Sequence record: NC_010811.2
Direction: 5' to 3' (one strand)
Length of the DNA stretch: 64,000 bases
The position numbers and the translations under genes are program-made. A model generated the notes under the pieces. That model saw nothing but the letters and a program-made list of their open reading frames with translations, searched no databases and was not told the DNA's origin. The first letter of the stretch is position 1, and each line of letters begins with the position of its first letter. This document shows, one piece after another, positions 1 to 8,924 of the stretch.

Positions 1-1230
1 AAAAGCAACAACCGGATCCTACCGGCCAACGCGCGAGCGGCTGACGTCGCTGAACGCGCCATCCAAGAAATTATCCCTGTGCAACAGCGTCGCTACTACG
101 ACGCATTCCGTCCGCAAGGGATCAAGGCGATCGCATATAATCGTCTGCAACAAGGACGTCCGTGCTCGTGTCAAGCTCAACGCAAGACCGTGAACGGACT
201 TCTGAACGAAGAAGGCAAAGCCAGTCCGGGTCTGATCAATCAGATGCTGACTGGCAATATGAGCTTCAACGTCACGCCGTATGGTCACGATCAGGGCCGT
301 GCGTATCCAGATGCGGCAGGGGCCGACGGACAGACGAGTCCACTGGCACCAGTCAACAAGAATCAGGGCGTGTTCGACATTGTGACTGCAGGCGGTGAGG
401 AGTTCCCGTTTGCGCACAGCGTACCTGACGAAGAAGCATTCGGCGACAACGGACCAAGCTCGCCAGTGGACATCGACTCGCTGGTTGCTGACTTCGACGT
501 GTCGGCCCTTGGATACTCCGACGTCGCCTGCCCAATCTGCTTCGGGAACGGATTCATCGGTGGCTACGCGCCGTTCAACAGCAATCGTATCGTGCTGACG
601 GTCACCGACTTGGTGCTGATCAACGGGACTATCGACACGACCGAGAAGCCGTTGGTGGCGCGTGACGTTCAAGGCTTCAATCAGAAGGTGGTTCTGCCGC
701 GAGGGGCGCTGGCCGTCGAATCGTTCACAGTGTGGAACGGATTGCGACCGGTTCCCGCCACCTTCCTCATTGACGGCGTGGCCGTGACCGGGGACGCTGC
801 GGTGCTCGCTCGCTGCGACGGCAAGCCGCATCTGCTGACCGCGCAGTTCACCGGGGACTTCACGCACCTGGAACTGCAATTCACGATGTCTGATCAAAGC
901 CTGTACTTTGAGCTGCCGCGTCGTCCGTCGACCAGTGACACCTCGCTGCTGGAACAGATGGAACCGTTCCAGATCATCCTCAGCCCGAACATCCCTCAGG
1001 TCGAGTCGATGGACGTGCTGGTGGAAGCGCAGTATGGCAAGACGCTGGTCGTGCAGAACGTCCATCCGTGGAACAGCCGTCAGCGCAACATTCTCGGATG
1101 GGAATGCCAAGTACGTGTGATCCAACCGCAGGAGATCTACCGCATCCTGCCACAGATGCCGCGTACGCTCAACAAGAATGCCGCCACCATGATGGCGCGC
1201 GACAACCGAACCGGTGTGTATCGCACCTAA
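1..1230 (+). CDS. Virion structural protein with Cys motifs (possible neck/head-completion protein); 5' end lies outside the window
   Basis: Frame is open from base 1 (KSNNRILPANARAAD...) to TAA at 1228-1230. Contains PCSC and CPICFGNGFIGGY motifs and sits among morphogenesis genes. Function is inferred from context. Confidence 0.45.
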   Translation, partial: KSNNRILPANARAADVAERAIQEIIPVQQRRYYDAFRPQGIKAIAYNRLQQGRPCSCQAQRKTVNGLLNEEGKASPGLINQMLTGNMSFNVTPYGHDQGRAYPDAAGADGQTSPLAPVNKNQGVFDIVTAGGEEFPFAHSVPDEEAFGDNGPSSPVDIDSLVADFDVSALGYSDVACPICFGNGFIGGYAPFNSNRIVLTVTDLVLINGTIDTTEKPLVARDVQGFNQKVVLPRGALAVESFTVWNGLRPVPATFLIDGVAVTGDAAVLARCDGKPHLLTAQFTGDFTHLELQFTMSDQSLYFELPRRPSTSDTSLLEQMEPFQIILSPNIPQVESMDVLVEAQYGKTLVVQNVHPWNSRQRNILGWECQVRVIQPQEIYRILPQMPRTLNKNAATMMARDNRTGVYRT

Positions 1231-1252
1231 TACAACAAACACTCAGACTGAC

Positions 1253-1861
1253 ATGGAATCGATTCAAGCCCTTGAAGTGCCGAAGCTGCGGTACCTGGAC
1301 GACGCTGTTCGCTTTCTAGCGGACATCAAGCTGCACACCACGGCCAGCGGTTGGAAGCGCGTTGAATTCTTCTACGAGAAGTACCGGCTGTTGGAAGCAG
1401 TGGAAGTGCAGGTCAGTCTGCAGTTCCCGGACCGGGGCGGACAGGTTATGGGCGGGTTGCTCACCACTCTGGCACGCCTCAAGCTGCAAGCCGCCGAGCA
1501 GCTCCAGATGCATTTGACTGCTCTCAACGAGGAAGCAGAAGCCAACATCAGTCCGCTGGCGTCGCGCTTCTGCCTGCAGTTGCGTTCCGAACTGCTGAAG
1601 ATGCGTGGCATCGGCCGCTTCATCGCCTCCTATTTGTACCGCGACGGCGCAACGTTCACTCACTACATCCAGTTGGCGGATGTGGGGCGCGCCAATCACG
1701 TGTATATCAGCTGTCACTTGGGGGAGAAGCGCTTCATCAAGCTGGCACACGAATTCGAGCTTCCGCCGTATGTGGCTAAGGACCCCGGACAGGCTGTGGT
1801 CACCGTGGACGATGCGGTGGCCGCCATCCGGCGACTCATCAAAGAGGAATTTGGGAAATGA
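1253..1861 (+). CDS. Hypothetical protein (probable virion/head protein)
   Basis: ATG at 1253 (MESIQALEVPKL); stop overlaps the next start (ATGA). Carries AxxRL-like segments (TLARLKLQAA, AAIRRL). Confidence 0.6.
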   Translation: MESIQALEVPKLRYLDDAVRFLADIKLHTTASGWKRVEFFYEKYRLLEAVEVQVSLQFPDRGGQVMGGLLTTLARLKLQAAEQLQMHLTALNEEAEANISPLASRFCLQLRSELLKMRGIGRFIASYLYRDGATFTHYIQLADVGRANHVYISCHLGEKRFIKLAHEFELPPYVAKDPGQAVVTVDDAVAAIRRLIKEEFGK

Positions 1862-2568
1862 AGAAAGCCACTGATCTGTTCCAAACACGTGATCGTGTTG
1901 TGGGACGTCGCGGTGCAAATGGCACTGAGCAACCTCAAGACCAGCCGTACGACAGCATGCAAGTGGATGATGAACTGCCGATCGGCATGTCGCGGGGCAA
2001 TCAATCGGATCACAGCGTGAACGATGTGGTGCAGCCCACGATTCCTGTGACTGGCGCCATCCGTCGTCTGCAGACGACTGCTGCCTCCAAGTATCCGCCG
2101 CTGCGTCAGCCACTGCCCAAGGAACCGCCCACGTACAACATCGTCGGGTACCATGCAACACCCATCGACAATTGGGCCTCGATCAAGGCGAAGGGACTGG
2201 CTATCGGCAAGTCGTCGCCCGCAGCGCAAGACTGGGTCGGTAAGTGGAGCGGCAAGGCCGTCTACTTCCATCTGCAGTTCCCTTCGCACGAGCTGGCGAA
2301 CGGCTACGACCCAGATACTGGCGAACCGTACACCATCACCATCGAGACCAAGCTGCATCACGGTGCGGAGTATTTCGTACCGGACGAAGATGCAGCGACC
2401 AACGTCGATGAGACGCCTGACGTCATCCGTCACAAAGGCTCGATCGCCGTCGGTTATCCAACGCCGCCCGGCGACTTCATCCGCGTACATCTGGTCGACA
2501 CGCTGGCCGCTCGCGCATGGGCCAAGGCCAATGTCAAGCGCTGGCCCGTTACCTTCCACAAGGTCTGA
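1858..2568 (+). CDS. Putative ADP-ribosyltransferase-fold protein with an N-terminal pro-region
   Basis: C-terminal ~150 aa has GYHATP..NWASIKAKGL, then AVYF and a downstream acidic FVPDED, resembling the H-Y-x ART core (YHGT..I...GL). It is preceded by the TGAIRRLQTTAA motif. Confidence 0.55.
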   Translation: MKKATDLFQTRDRVVGRRGANGTEQPQDQPYDSMQVDDELPIGMSRGNQSDHSVNDVVQPTIPVTGAIRRLQTTAASKYPPLRQPLPKEPPTYNIVGYHATPIDNWASIKAKGLAIGKSSPAAQDWVGKWSGKAVYFHLQFPSHELANGYDPDTGEPYTITIETKLHHGAEYFVPDEDAATNVDETPDVIRHKGSIAVGYPTPPGDFIRVHLVDTLAARAWAKANVKRWPVTFHKV

Positions 2569-2570
2569 TC

Positions 2571-4130
2571 ATGGCAACTCCTACTCCGCTCCTGTACAAC
2601 AAAGATCCGAACCAAGACACGATCATCGCGGCAGATGTCAGCCCGTGGCTATTGACGGGCGAAACGCTGACCAGTATCGCGCTGCTGCCGGTGTCTCCCA
2701 GCACCACGCCTGCGCTCACCGCTACACTGATCAGTGCGCCGAACATCACGCCCGCCAACATCACGCTGTCAGGGGGCGTAAACGGAGTTAGCTACGGATT
2801 CCAACTGCAGGTGACGACCAACGCGCGTGTGCTGCTGGTCCAAGTCGCCGCTTCCTGCTATTCCAATCAGCAGTTCGATCCGTACACAGCGCAGAATCCG
2901 TATGCGTACCAGGACCTTGTTGACCAGCTGGAAGTCGGTCAGTCTGCGGTGGGCACCGCGGTCTTCGCGTTCCCACCGCAGATCGATCCGAAGGGTGGCA
3001 ACGTCCGATACGAACTGCTGGCCGACGACGGCACCGTGTTCTCCACAGGCAACGCCTTCTCCTACGTGATCTCCAGCAACGGGCTGGCCAACATCGTGAA
3101 AGCGCAGTGCGTTGTGGTGGCGCCTACCACGTTGCCTCCGACGCTTCTGGGTCAGTCGTATCAACTGCGATACACGCTGGAGCTTCCGCAGTCGTCCGGC
3201 ATTCCTGCCGATCCACTGACCGGCAATCTTGGCCAGAACACGTTCTTCCAGTTCGAGAACATCACGATCGTGGACAACGTGAGCGTGCCGCTTGGTGCGC
3301 AGCCCACGGTCGAGCTCAAGGGCATGCCCGCGCATCTGTCGCTGGTCACGGACAAGATGTACGACAATGTGACGTTGGAGCTGCAAGCCAACAACCAGAC
3401 GCTGGCTGGTCCCAGTCCCATCACCGAATATCAGCGAACTGCTGACGGATGGGCATGGTCCGGTGTGCTGGACACGACGAACCTCACAGTGTCGCTGGTG
3501 CCTTACACCATCGTCTGGCGTTACTGGTCGTCCGCTGCGCCAAGCCTCGTGTATCAGGAAGCGACCGAGCTGTTCGTGGTGAATGCCAGCATGCTCACCG
3601 CCATGAACGATGTGCGCGCTCGCATCAACAAGGCGCATACCACGCTGTACGGAGCACCCGACATGCTATTCCCCAATCCCACCGTGATGACGTGGTTGCG
3701 TCGAGGCGCTGACATGTTCAACGGTGCGTACGGTCAGTTCACCGCCTTCACGATGACCAACGCGCTGGGCGTGATCCGCGAATACTGGCTGATCTGCGCT
3801 GAGAAAGCCGCGCTCGAAGCTCAACTGCTGGCCGAGGGTGAGAAGGCATTCAACTTCCAAGGCGCTGCCATCTCGTTGGACGTGGACCGGGTCACCGCCT
3901 ACGACAATCTGATCGGCAAGCTCCAGCAGCAGTTGGACACCGAACTCAAACCCATCAAGCAGAACCTCATCATCAAGGGCGTTACCAAGGGCGACGGATC
4001 GACCGATCCCACCAAGCTGCAAATCGGTGCGATCGGTGCAGTGGGCATCTCCATCACCAACGCCAACGTCTGGGGTCGCGCGGGTACGCCTTACGGTGCG
4101 TTCGGCCTCAACCCTGGAGGACTCACATGA
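2571..4130 (+). CDS. Putative head-tail connector/neck protein (multidomain)
   Basis: ATG at 2571. N-terminus KDPNQD..AADVSPWL..GETLTS resembles phage head-tail joining domains; beta-rich middle; helical C-terminus (EAQLLAEGEKAFNFQG..ISLDVDR). Structural context. Confidence 0.45.
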   Translation: MATPTPLLYNKDPNQDTIIAADVSPWLLTGETLTSIALLPVSPSTTPALTATLISAPNITPANITLSGGVNGVSYGFQLQVTTNARVLLVQVAASCYSNQQFDPYTAQNPYAYQDLVDQLEVGQSAVGTAVFAFPPQIDPKGGNVRYELLADDGTVFSTGNAFSYVISSNGLANIVKAQCVVVAPTTLPPTLLGQSYQLRYTLELPQSSGIPADPLTGNLGQNTFFQFENITIVDNVSVPLGAQPTVELKGMPAHLSLVTDKMYDNVTLELQANNQTLAGPSPITEYQRTADGWAWSGVLDTTNLTVSLVPYTIVWRYWSSAAPSLVYQEATELFVVNASMLTAMNDVRARINKAHTTLYGAPDMLFPNPTVMTWLRRGADMFNGAYGQFTAFTMTNALGVIREYWLICAEKAALEAQLLAEGEKAFNFQGAAISLDVDRVTAYDNLIGKLQQQLDTELKPIKQNLIIKGVTKGDGSTDPTKLQIGAIGAVGISITNANVWGRAGTPYGAFGLNPGGLT

Positions 4131-4519
4131 ATGACTTCGGCTCCTGGCTGTGGGAGCTTCTTCGCAGCCTGAAGTGGTCCGATCTTCCGCTGTTGGTGGC
4201 CTGCATCACTGGTCTGTGGCTGTTGTATCGTCTGCAAATGGCGCGCGACTCCTACGACCTGCGATGGTTGATTCTCGACAGCAAGACGCGGCAACCTTCC
4301 ATTCACAAGCTCGGTCAGCTGACGGCACTGGTCGTCAGCACCTGGGCATTCGTCTATCAGACCAATCACAATCAGCTGACCGACTGGTTGTTCATCGGCT
4401 ACTGTGGTGTGTGGGCCAGCTCTACGCTCATCAACTCGCGCATCAGCAAAGATCGCTTGCCAAACGTGAACGACGGCACTGCCCCAAGCGACGGTGATCC
4501 ACAGGCAAAGGATCATTGA
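4127..4519 (+). CDS. Small membrane protein (about 3 hydrophobic segments; holin-like)
   Basis: 130 aa with hydrophobic stretches LPLLVACITGLWLLY, LGQLTALVVSTWAFVY and WLFIGYCGVWASS. Confidence 0.55.
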   Translation: MNDFGSWLWELLRSLKWSDLPLLVACITGLWLLYRLQMARDSYDLRWLILDSKTRQPSIHKLGQLTALVVSTWAFVYQTNHNQLTDWLFIGYCGVWASSTLINSRISKDRLPNVNDGTAPSDGDPQAKDH

Positions 4520-4520
4520 C

Positions 4521-4528
4521 AATTTGAT
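4521..4528 (+). promoter_or_regulatory. AATTTGAT motif (putative phage late promoter)
   Basis: Intergenic copy about 97 nt before the ATG at 4626; recurs upstream of many structural genes. Confidence 0.5.
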
Positions 4529-4625
4529 GCTGTATGCGGCGCGTCTCTCCTCGCCGCGCTCGGAGGTTCCCTGCCTCCTTAGCCTCACTGATAATACGAA
4601 CACACCATAGCACAACAGGGATTAT

Positions 4626-4985
4626 ATGTTGAAGAATGCAGTACACCGTCTGCGGGCTACCGCCGTTCAAGAGCTGGAAGAAGAGCAAGAAGTCGTTGCT
4701 CAATTCGACCGCACCAAGGACAAGGAACTGCGAGATCTGCAAAACGCTATGCGTGGGGGTGGAGTCGTCTTCAAGTTGGATAAGTACCACCTCTACCATA
4801 AAACGAATCAACGGGAAGTCGCCGAGGAGTTGATGACTGTGTTGAAGATCTTGGATCAACTGGGCCACAAGGCTCGTGTTGTTCCCGGGGTCCTTGCACG
4901 TCCCACCTTCAGCGTGAAGTGTGAAACAGGTCTTGTTCTCCAGCGTCTCAACAACGACGTCCGCCTTTTCTTCTTTATTCCTTAA
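4626..4985 (+). CDS. Small hypothetical protein with AxxRL leader (putative internal head protein)
   Basis: Starts MLKNAVHRLRATA; 119 aa. Confidence 0.6.
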   Translation: MLKNAVHRLRATAVQELEEEQEVVAQFDRTKDKELRDLQNAMRGGGVVFKLDKYHLYHKTNQREVAEELMTVLKILDQLGHKARVVPGVLARPTFSVKCETGLVLQRLNNDVRLFFFIP

Positions 4986-4994
4986 GGAATCATC

Positions 4995-5489
4995 ATGAGT
5001 CAACAGATCAACCATACGCAAGCCAAAGCTGCGCTGACGGCTGCCGGTTTTCCGGTGTCGGCTGGCAGCAACTGGAACAACGTGGACCAAGGTTCGTGGG
5101 ACCAGTTCGCAGCCAGCGCTGCCTACGGAAAAGTCGCCTACGACCTGTACTCGACCAACTACGGTTTCTCGTTCCCCGTGATGCCGGACGCGGTGGCCAA
5201 TGCTGCTGCGAGCGGTGCCTACAGCGCCACTCTGGGTGTGACGCCGCTGACCGCTACGCATGCGGTTGCCATCACCAACTTCGCTTGGAATCTGGTGGAA
5301 ACCAACGGTCCGGGTACGTCGTACGTGTGGGACTTCGGCGACGGCACCGGCACGACGACTACCAGCACGGCAACGGGTCCTGCGAACCACACGTATGCAA
5401 CGGCTGGCTCGTACACGCCGAAGGTCACGGTCACGGTGGGTGGCGTTCCGCACCTCATCTCGGCCGCAGCTCCGGTCGTGGTGTCGTAA
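4995..5489 (+). CDS. PKD (Ig-like) domain protein, probable virion surface/decoration protein
   Basis: Canonical PKD signature YVWDFGDG...NHTYATAGSYTPKVTVT; SD-like AAGGA upstream. Confidence 0.8.
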   Translation: MSQQINHTQAKAALTAAGFPVSAGSNWNNVDQGSWDQFAASAAYGKVAYDLYSTNYGFSFPVMPDAVANAAASGAYSATLGVTPLTATHAVAITNFAWNLVETNGPGTSYVWDFGDGTGTTTTSTATGPANHTYATAGSYTPKVTVTVGGVPHLISAAAPVVVS

Positions 5490-5806
5490 TGTACGCCCGT
5501 CGCGTTCGTTCTCGAGCGCGAAACGGGTACGGCATATCCTCCATCCGGCGCGATTCGTATTCTACGGTGAACGGTATGAATACGAAAGCCGGATGGTGGG
5601 AACTCCATCGGCAAGTTGAGAAACGATCCGGTGGGCTATGCGAAGCCCGGATCGCCGGAGTGCGATGCGGTAAGCGCGGCAAGGACGTTCACCACATCGT
5701 AAAGCTGAGTGATGGCGGTACCAACTCGATGGCTAATCTTATCCATCTGTGTGAAGACTGCCATGACCGTAGACACAACCACATGTTCCGGAGACGGAAG
5801 AAATGA
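5489..5806 (+). CDS. Small HNH endonuclease
   Basis: ATG at 5489 overlaps the previous TAA. CEA..RC...DVHHIVKLSDGGTNSMANLIHLCEDCHDRRH is a zinc-binding HNH motif. Confidence 0.85.
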   Translation: MYARRVRSRARNGYGISSIRRDSYSTVNGMNTKAGWWELHRQVEKRSGGLCEARIAGVRCGKRGKDVHHIVKLSDGGTNSMANLIHLCEDCHDRRHNHMFRRRKK

Positions 5807-6114
5807 CGTACAACATCAGCGCAGCAACAAAGCGTCTCCAAGGTAGCTTGGAAGTCAATGCCAACAAACTGAAGACAGCCAAAGATGTGCATCGTGCACT
5901 GTCCTTCTACCCAGGTGTCGTGAAAGACAAGGGGATCATGGCCGAGCTTGCCGAAAAGGGGGATGCGCCAGCACCGAAGGATGCTTTCGTTGAGGTACGC
6001 GGGTCGCACATCGTTCCGAAGCATCTCGAGCACATGCACGATCTCGGGATCGAAATCGTATCGATCGAAGTTCTTGGTAGCGCTCATTACGAGCTGCAGG
6101 TGAAATTCCACTGA
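5803..6114 (+). CDS. Small hypothetical protein with AAxxRL leader (putative internal head protein)
   Basis: Starts MTYNISAATKRLQG; 103 aa. Confidence 0.65.
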   Translation: MTYNISAATKRLQGSLEVNANKLKTAKDVHRALSFYPGVVKDKGIMAELAEKGDAPAPKDAFVEVRGSHIVPKHLEHMHDLGIEIVSIEVLGSAHYELQVKFH

Positions 6115-6121
6115 AGACATC

Positions 6122-6508
6122 ATGGCCTACGACATCACAGCAGCAGTCAGCCGCTTGGCTGGCACCAAGTGTGCAGTGTTCGCCGATGCACACAGCGAAG
6201 CGGGTATCGCGCTGAAGGAGATCGCCAAGATCCTGGGTCCGCACTTCCTCAAGGACGAGCGGCCCGGCGAGCAGGTCATCATCTGGCGTACTTCTCAGTT
6301 CAAGGCTGAGCTGTCGCTGAACTTGGACGACGACGTGCTGGACTTCACGTTCAAGGACAAGGGCGCCACCGCTGGCTTCTCGGCCGAAGGCTACAACGCG
6401 CGAACCCTGTTCCAGGACATTCGGCACAACATCACGCAGTACCGTCCGACCAAGAAGGTGCCGACGGACGTGCAGATGGTTCGTGACAAGTTCGAACATC
6501 TGCAATAA
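6122..6508 (+). CDS. Small hypothetical protein with AAxxRL leader (putative internal head protein)
   Basis: Starts MAYDITAAVSRLAG; 128 aa. Confidence 0.65.
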   Translation: MAYDITAAVSRLAGTKCAVFADAHSEAGIALKEIAKILGPHFLKDERPGEQVIIWRTSQFKAELSLNLDDDVLDFTFKDKGATAGFSAEGYNARTLFQDIRHNITQYRPTKKVPTDVQMVRDKFEHLQ

Positions 6509-6517
6509 GGAACGATC

Positions 6518-7420
6518 ATGGATCAAGAACGACTGAAGCAACTCATCGCGCTGTTCCTCGAAGCAAACCCGGAACCCAGCGACGCGCAGTTCCACGCGTT
6601 CGCCGAGTCGCTGGGCGTGGACAAGGAAACGCTGGAAGCTGTGTGCTACGAAATGCTGGGCGCTGAAATTCAGCACGAGAAGGACGAAGGCGACGATCAG
6701 CAGTTGGAGGAGCTGGTGGAAGGCGTGTCCACGCACTTCCCTGAAGGCATCGAGGTCGAAGACTTCGGTGTGGTGCAGGCCACGGCGCGACTGCGCCTGA
6801 CCGCTGCTGAAATCGTCGAGCAAGAAGGCGGCGGACAGGGTGAAGTCGGTATCAGCGAACAGCAAGAAGTGTTGCAGGGTGAAGGCGACGCCGAAACCAC
6901 GGACACCGACAACCTGCTGTTGACGGATGGCGCTCCGGTCGGTGATACGACGGACGACGAGATGCAGGACAGCGCGTTGAACGACGGCGCAGGTCCGGGG
7001 GATACGGGTTTGGGCATCGACACGCAGAAGGCATTGCTGCTGAACGATGGGGCACCTGCTCTGCAGCTGGAAAGCGCTGCCCTGCGGCTGACCGCTGGTG
7101 AACGACCTGAAGTATTCGGGATGCCTGCTTACCATCTGTCCAAGAGCAGCGGCACGATCGACCAGCTTGGTCAGGTAGCCGACCGCAAGCCCGAGAAGAT
7201 CACTGGCATTGCAGTCAACACCCCGAAGGGCACAAAGAAGTTCTACTTCTACGGGTCTTCGTCGCTCACCAAGAAGGTCGGCGCCTTCATCAAGTTCAAG
7301 GGCATGAACGGCATCGTGGACGTGCTGGGCGTCATCGACAAGAACGGCAAGGTCAAGACCGGCCAAGAAGGTGCCACCTACGATCGTTCTGACCGGCGTC
7401 CGTACTACGTCTTTAAGTGA
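6518..7420 (+). CDS. Acidic pro-region plus basic C-terminal domain; putative head core/cargo protein
   Basis: About 190 aa rich in D/E with two internal motifs (ATARLRLTAA, SAALRLTA), then about 108 aa Lys-rich beta domain. Confidence 0.6.
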   Translation: MDQERLKQLIALFLEANPEPSDAQFHAFAESLGVDKETLEAVCYEMLGAEIQHEKDEGDDQQLEELVEGVSTHFPEGIEVEDFGVVQATARLRLTAAEIVEQEGGGQGEVGISEQQEVLQGEGDAETTDTDNLLLTDGAPVGDTTDDEMQDSALNDGAGPGDTGLGIDTQKALLLNDGAPALQLESAALRLTAGERPEVFGMPAYHLSKSSGTIDQLGQVADRKPEKITGIAVNTPKGTKKFYFYGSSSLTKKVGAFIKFKGMNGIVDVLGVIDKNGKVKTGQEGATYDRSDRRPYYVFK

Positions 7421-7427
7421 GGGACCC

Positions 7428-7727
7428 ATGTACGACATCAAAGCCGCGGTCAATCGCCTGCAGCTTACGGCCGACGCCAAGAGCACCATCATGATGCGTG
7501 TGGAGAAAGCGCTGGAAGCTGCGGGCATCGAGTGTGAGGTTGCTGGCAACAGCATTCAGGCGCCGCAGGCTCGCGTCCCGGAAGTCCTGCGTATCCTCAA
7601 GACGCTGGGCCTGCACTACATGGGGCCCCAGACGCGAGGCAATCACACGTTCAACTACAATCGCACGAGCAAGGAGTTGGGATGGATCGACTACTGCCCG
7701 CGTCGCGAACGTATCGACTTCGACTGA
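7428..7727 (+). CDS. Small hypothetical protein with AAxxRL leader
   Basis: ATG at 7428 after GAGGGA; MYDIKAAVNRLQLTA. Confidence 0.65.
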   Translation: MYDIKAAVNRLQLTADAKSTIMMRVEKALEAAGIECEVAGNSIQAPQARVPEVLRILKTLGLHYMGPQTRGNHTFNYNRTSKELGWIDYCPRRERIDFD

Positions 7728-7734
7728 GGGTTTC

Positions 7735-8067
7735 ATGATCTCAATCAGTGCTGCGCTTTTGCGCCTCGCGTCTACCGAAGTACAGGCCGGTTCCCCGTCC
7801 GCTGCCATCAACGCAATGGAATACGTTGAGCAGACGGTTCGCAAGGCAGGGCTGGCCGTGCAAGACATCGATCACCGGGACACGACTCACATCGCAATGA
7901 CCATCAGCGGTCAGTTCGTGCCGGTGCTCAATGCGCTGACCAAAGCCGGATTCGTTCCGGACCGTACGCAGAAAAAGGGCAGCTTCTACAAGCGGCAGGG
8001 CATGGGTACGATCCGAGTGACTGCCGGTGTCTCGTTCCGTGAAACCATCGTCATCTGTCTGGGTTGA
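7735..8067 (+). CDS. Small hypothetical protein with AAxxRL leader
   Basis: ATG at 7735 after GAGGG; MISISAALLRLASTEVQA. Confidence 0.65.
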   Translation: MISISAALLRLASTEVQAGSPSAAINAMEYVEQTVRKAGLAVQDIDHRDTTHIAMTISGQFVPVLNALTKAGFVPDRTQKKGSFYKRQGMGTIRVTAGVSFRETIVICLG

Positions 8068-8070
8068 CCT

Positions 8071-8778
8071 ATGAACAGTCCCTTCCTCTTCTCGCTGGGG
8101 GTGGCGGTTGCGGATCAGGCACGAGCTCCGCAGCCCACAAGCATTCCCCCAGCGCTCAATCCGTCGAACATCGATCTGTGGTCTGAAGCGGTGAATGGCG
8201 TGCGTGTGAAAGACGTGGTCCAGCATTGGGCACGTGCGCTCAATCGCTACCTGAACCTGTGCACTCAGAACGATCGCTTTCCGTTCCAGCAACTGCACAC
8301 GTCACCCAACGATCAGATCGTCGATATCCTCAAGGATGTGCGCCGTACGTTCGTCAAGTACGTGGACCGTCATCAACTGTATCAGAAGATGAAGATCCGC
8401 ACGGTCGATCGTCAGGTGCGCATGACCGAGACCGGGTTCGTAATCAGCGTGGTGGCGCATGGTCGCATCGAAGACCCGACGTTTCCGCAGATGCTCCTGG
8501 GTTTGAAGCCGACTGGTGATCAGTTCCCATTCGTGCAGCCGCGTCCTCGTTACGAAAAGCAACTCAACCAGTGGCTGAAGATGTGGGCCACCAATCCGGC
8601 GTACGACAATCCAGAGCGTTGGGAGCTGGGATTCGAAGTGAGCGTGCCCATGTTCCCGGATGTTCCGGGCAACGGCATTCCCACCAAGGACCAACTCCAG
8701 TACTTCATCCATCACATCCTGTGGTTGCCTGTCATGAAGGCGACCCGGCCCCGTGGCATCATGCATCGCTTGGTGTGA
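8071..8778 (+). CDS. Hypothetical protein
   Basis: 235-aa ORF tiling with its neighbours; phage-like codon usage; no recognised motif. Confidence 0.6.
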   Translation: MNSPFLFSLGVAVADQARAPQPTSIPPALNPSNIDLWSEAVNGVRVKDVVQHWARALNRYLNLCTQNDRFPFQQLHTSPNDQIVDILKDVRRTFVKYVDRHQLYQKMKIRTVDRQVRMTETGFVISVVAHGRIEDPTFPQMLLGLKPTGDQFPFVQPRPRYEKQLNQWLKMWATNPAYDNPERWELGFEVSVPMFPDVPGNGIPTKDQLQYFIHHILWLPVMKATRPRGIMHRLV

Positions 8779-8793
8779 CGGCGGTAAATAGGG

Positions 8794-8838
8794 AGGCTGC
8801 CCCGGCAATTACTGTCGCGGCAGCCTTCTTGCATTTTG
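8794..8838 (+). terminator. Putative intrinsic terminator
   Basis: AGGCTGCC (8794-8801) and GGCAGCCT (8819-8826) form a stem followed by a T-rich tail. Confidence 0.45.
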
Positions 8839-8852
8839 GACGCACACATCAC

Positions 8853-8860
8853 AATTTGAT
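8853..8860 (+). promoter_or_regulatory. AATTTGAT motif (putative late promoter)
   Basis: Intergenic, about 64 nt before the SNF2 ATG at 8925. Confidence 0.5.
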
Positions 8861-8924
8861 TGCAAATTTCCCCGATTTGTGGTATCAAATCGTAGTAGTC
8901 CAAAAACCGATAATGGAGCCCTAG

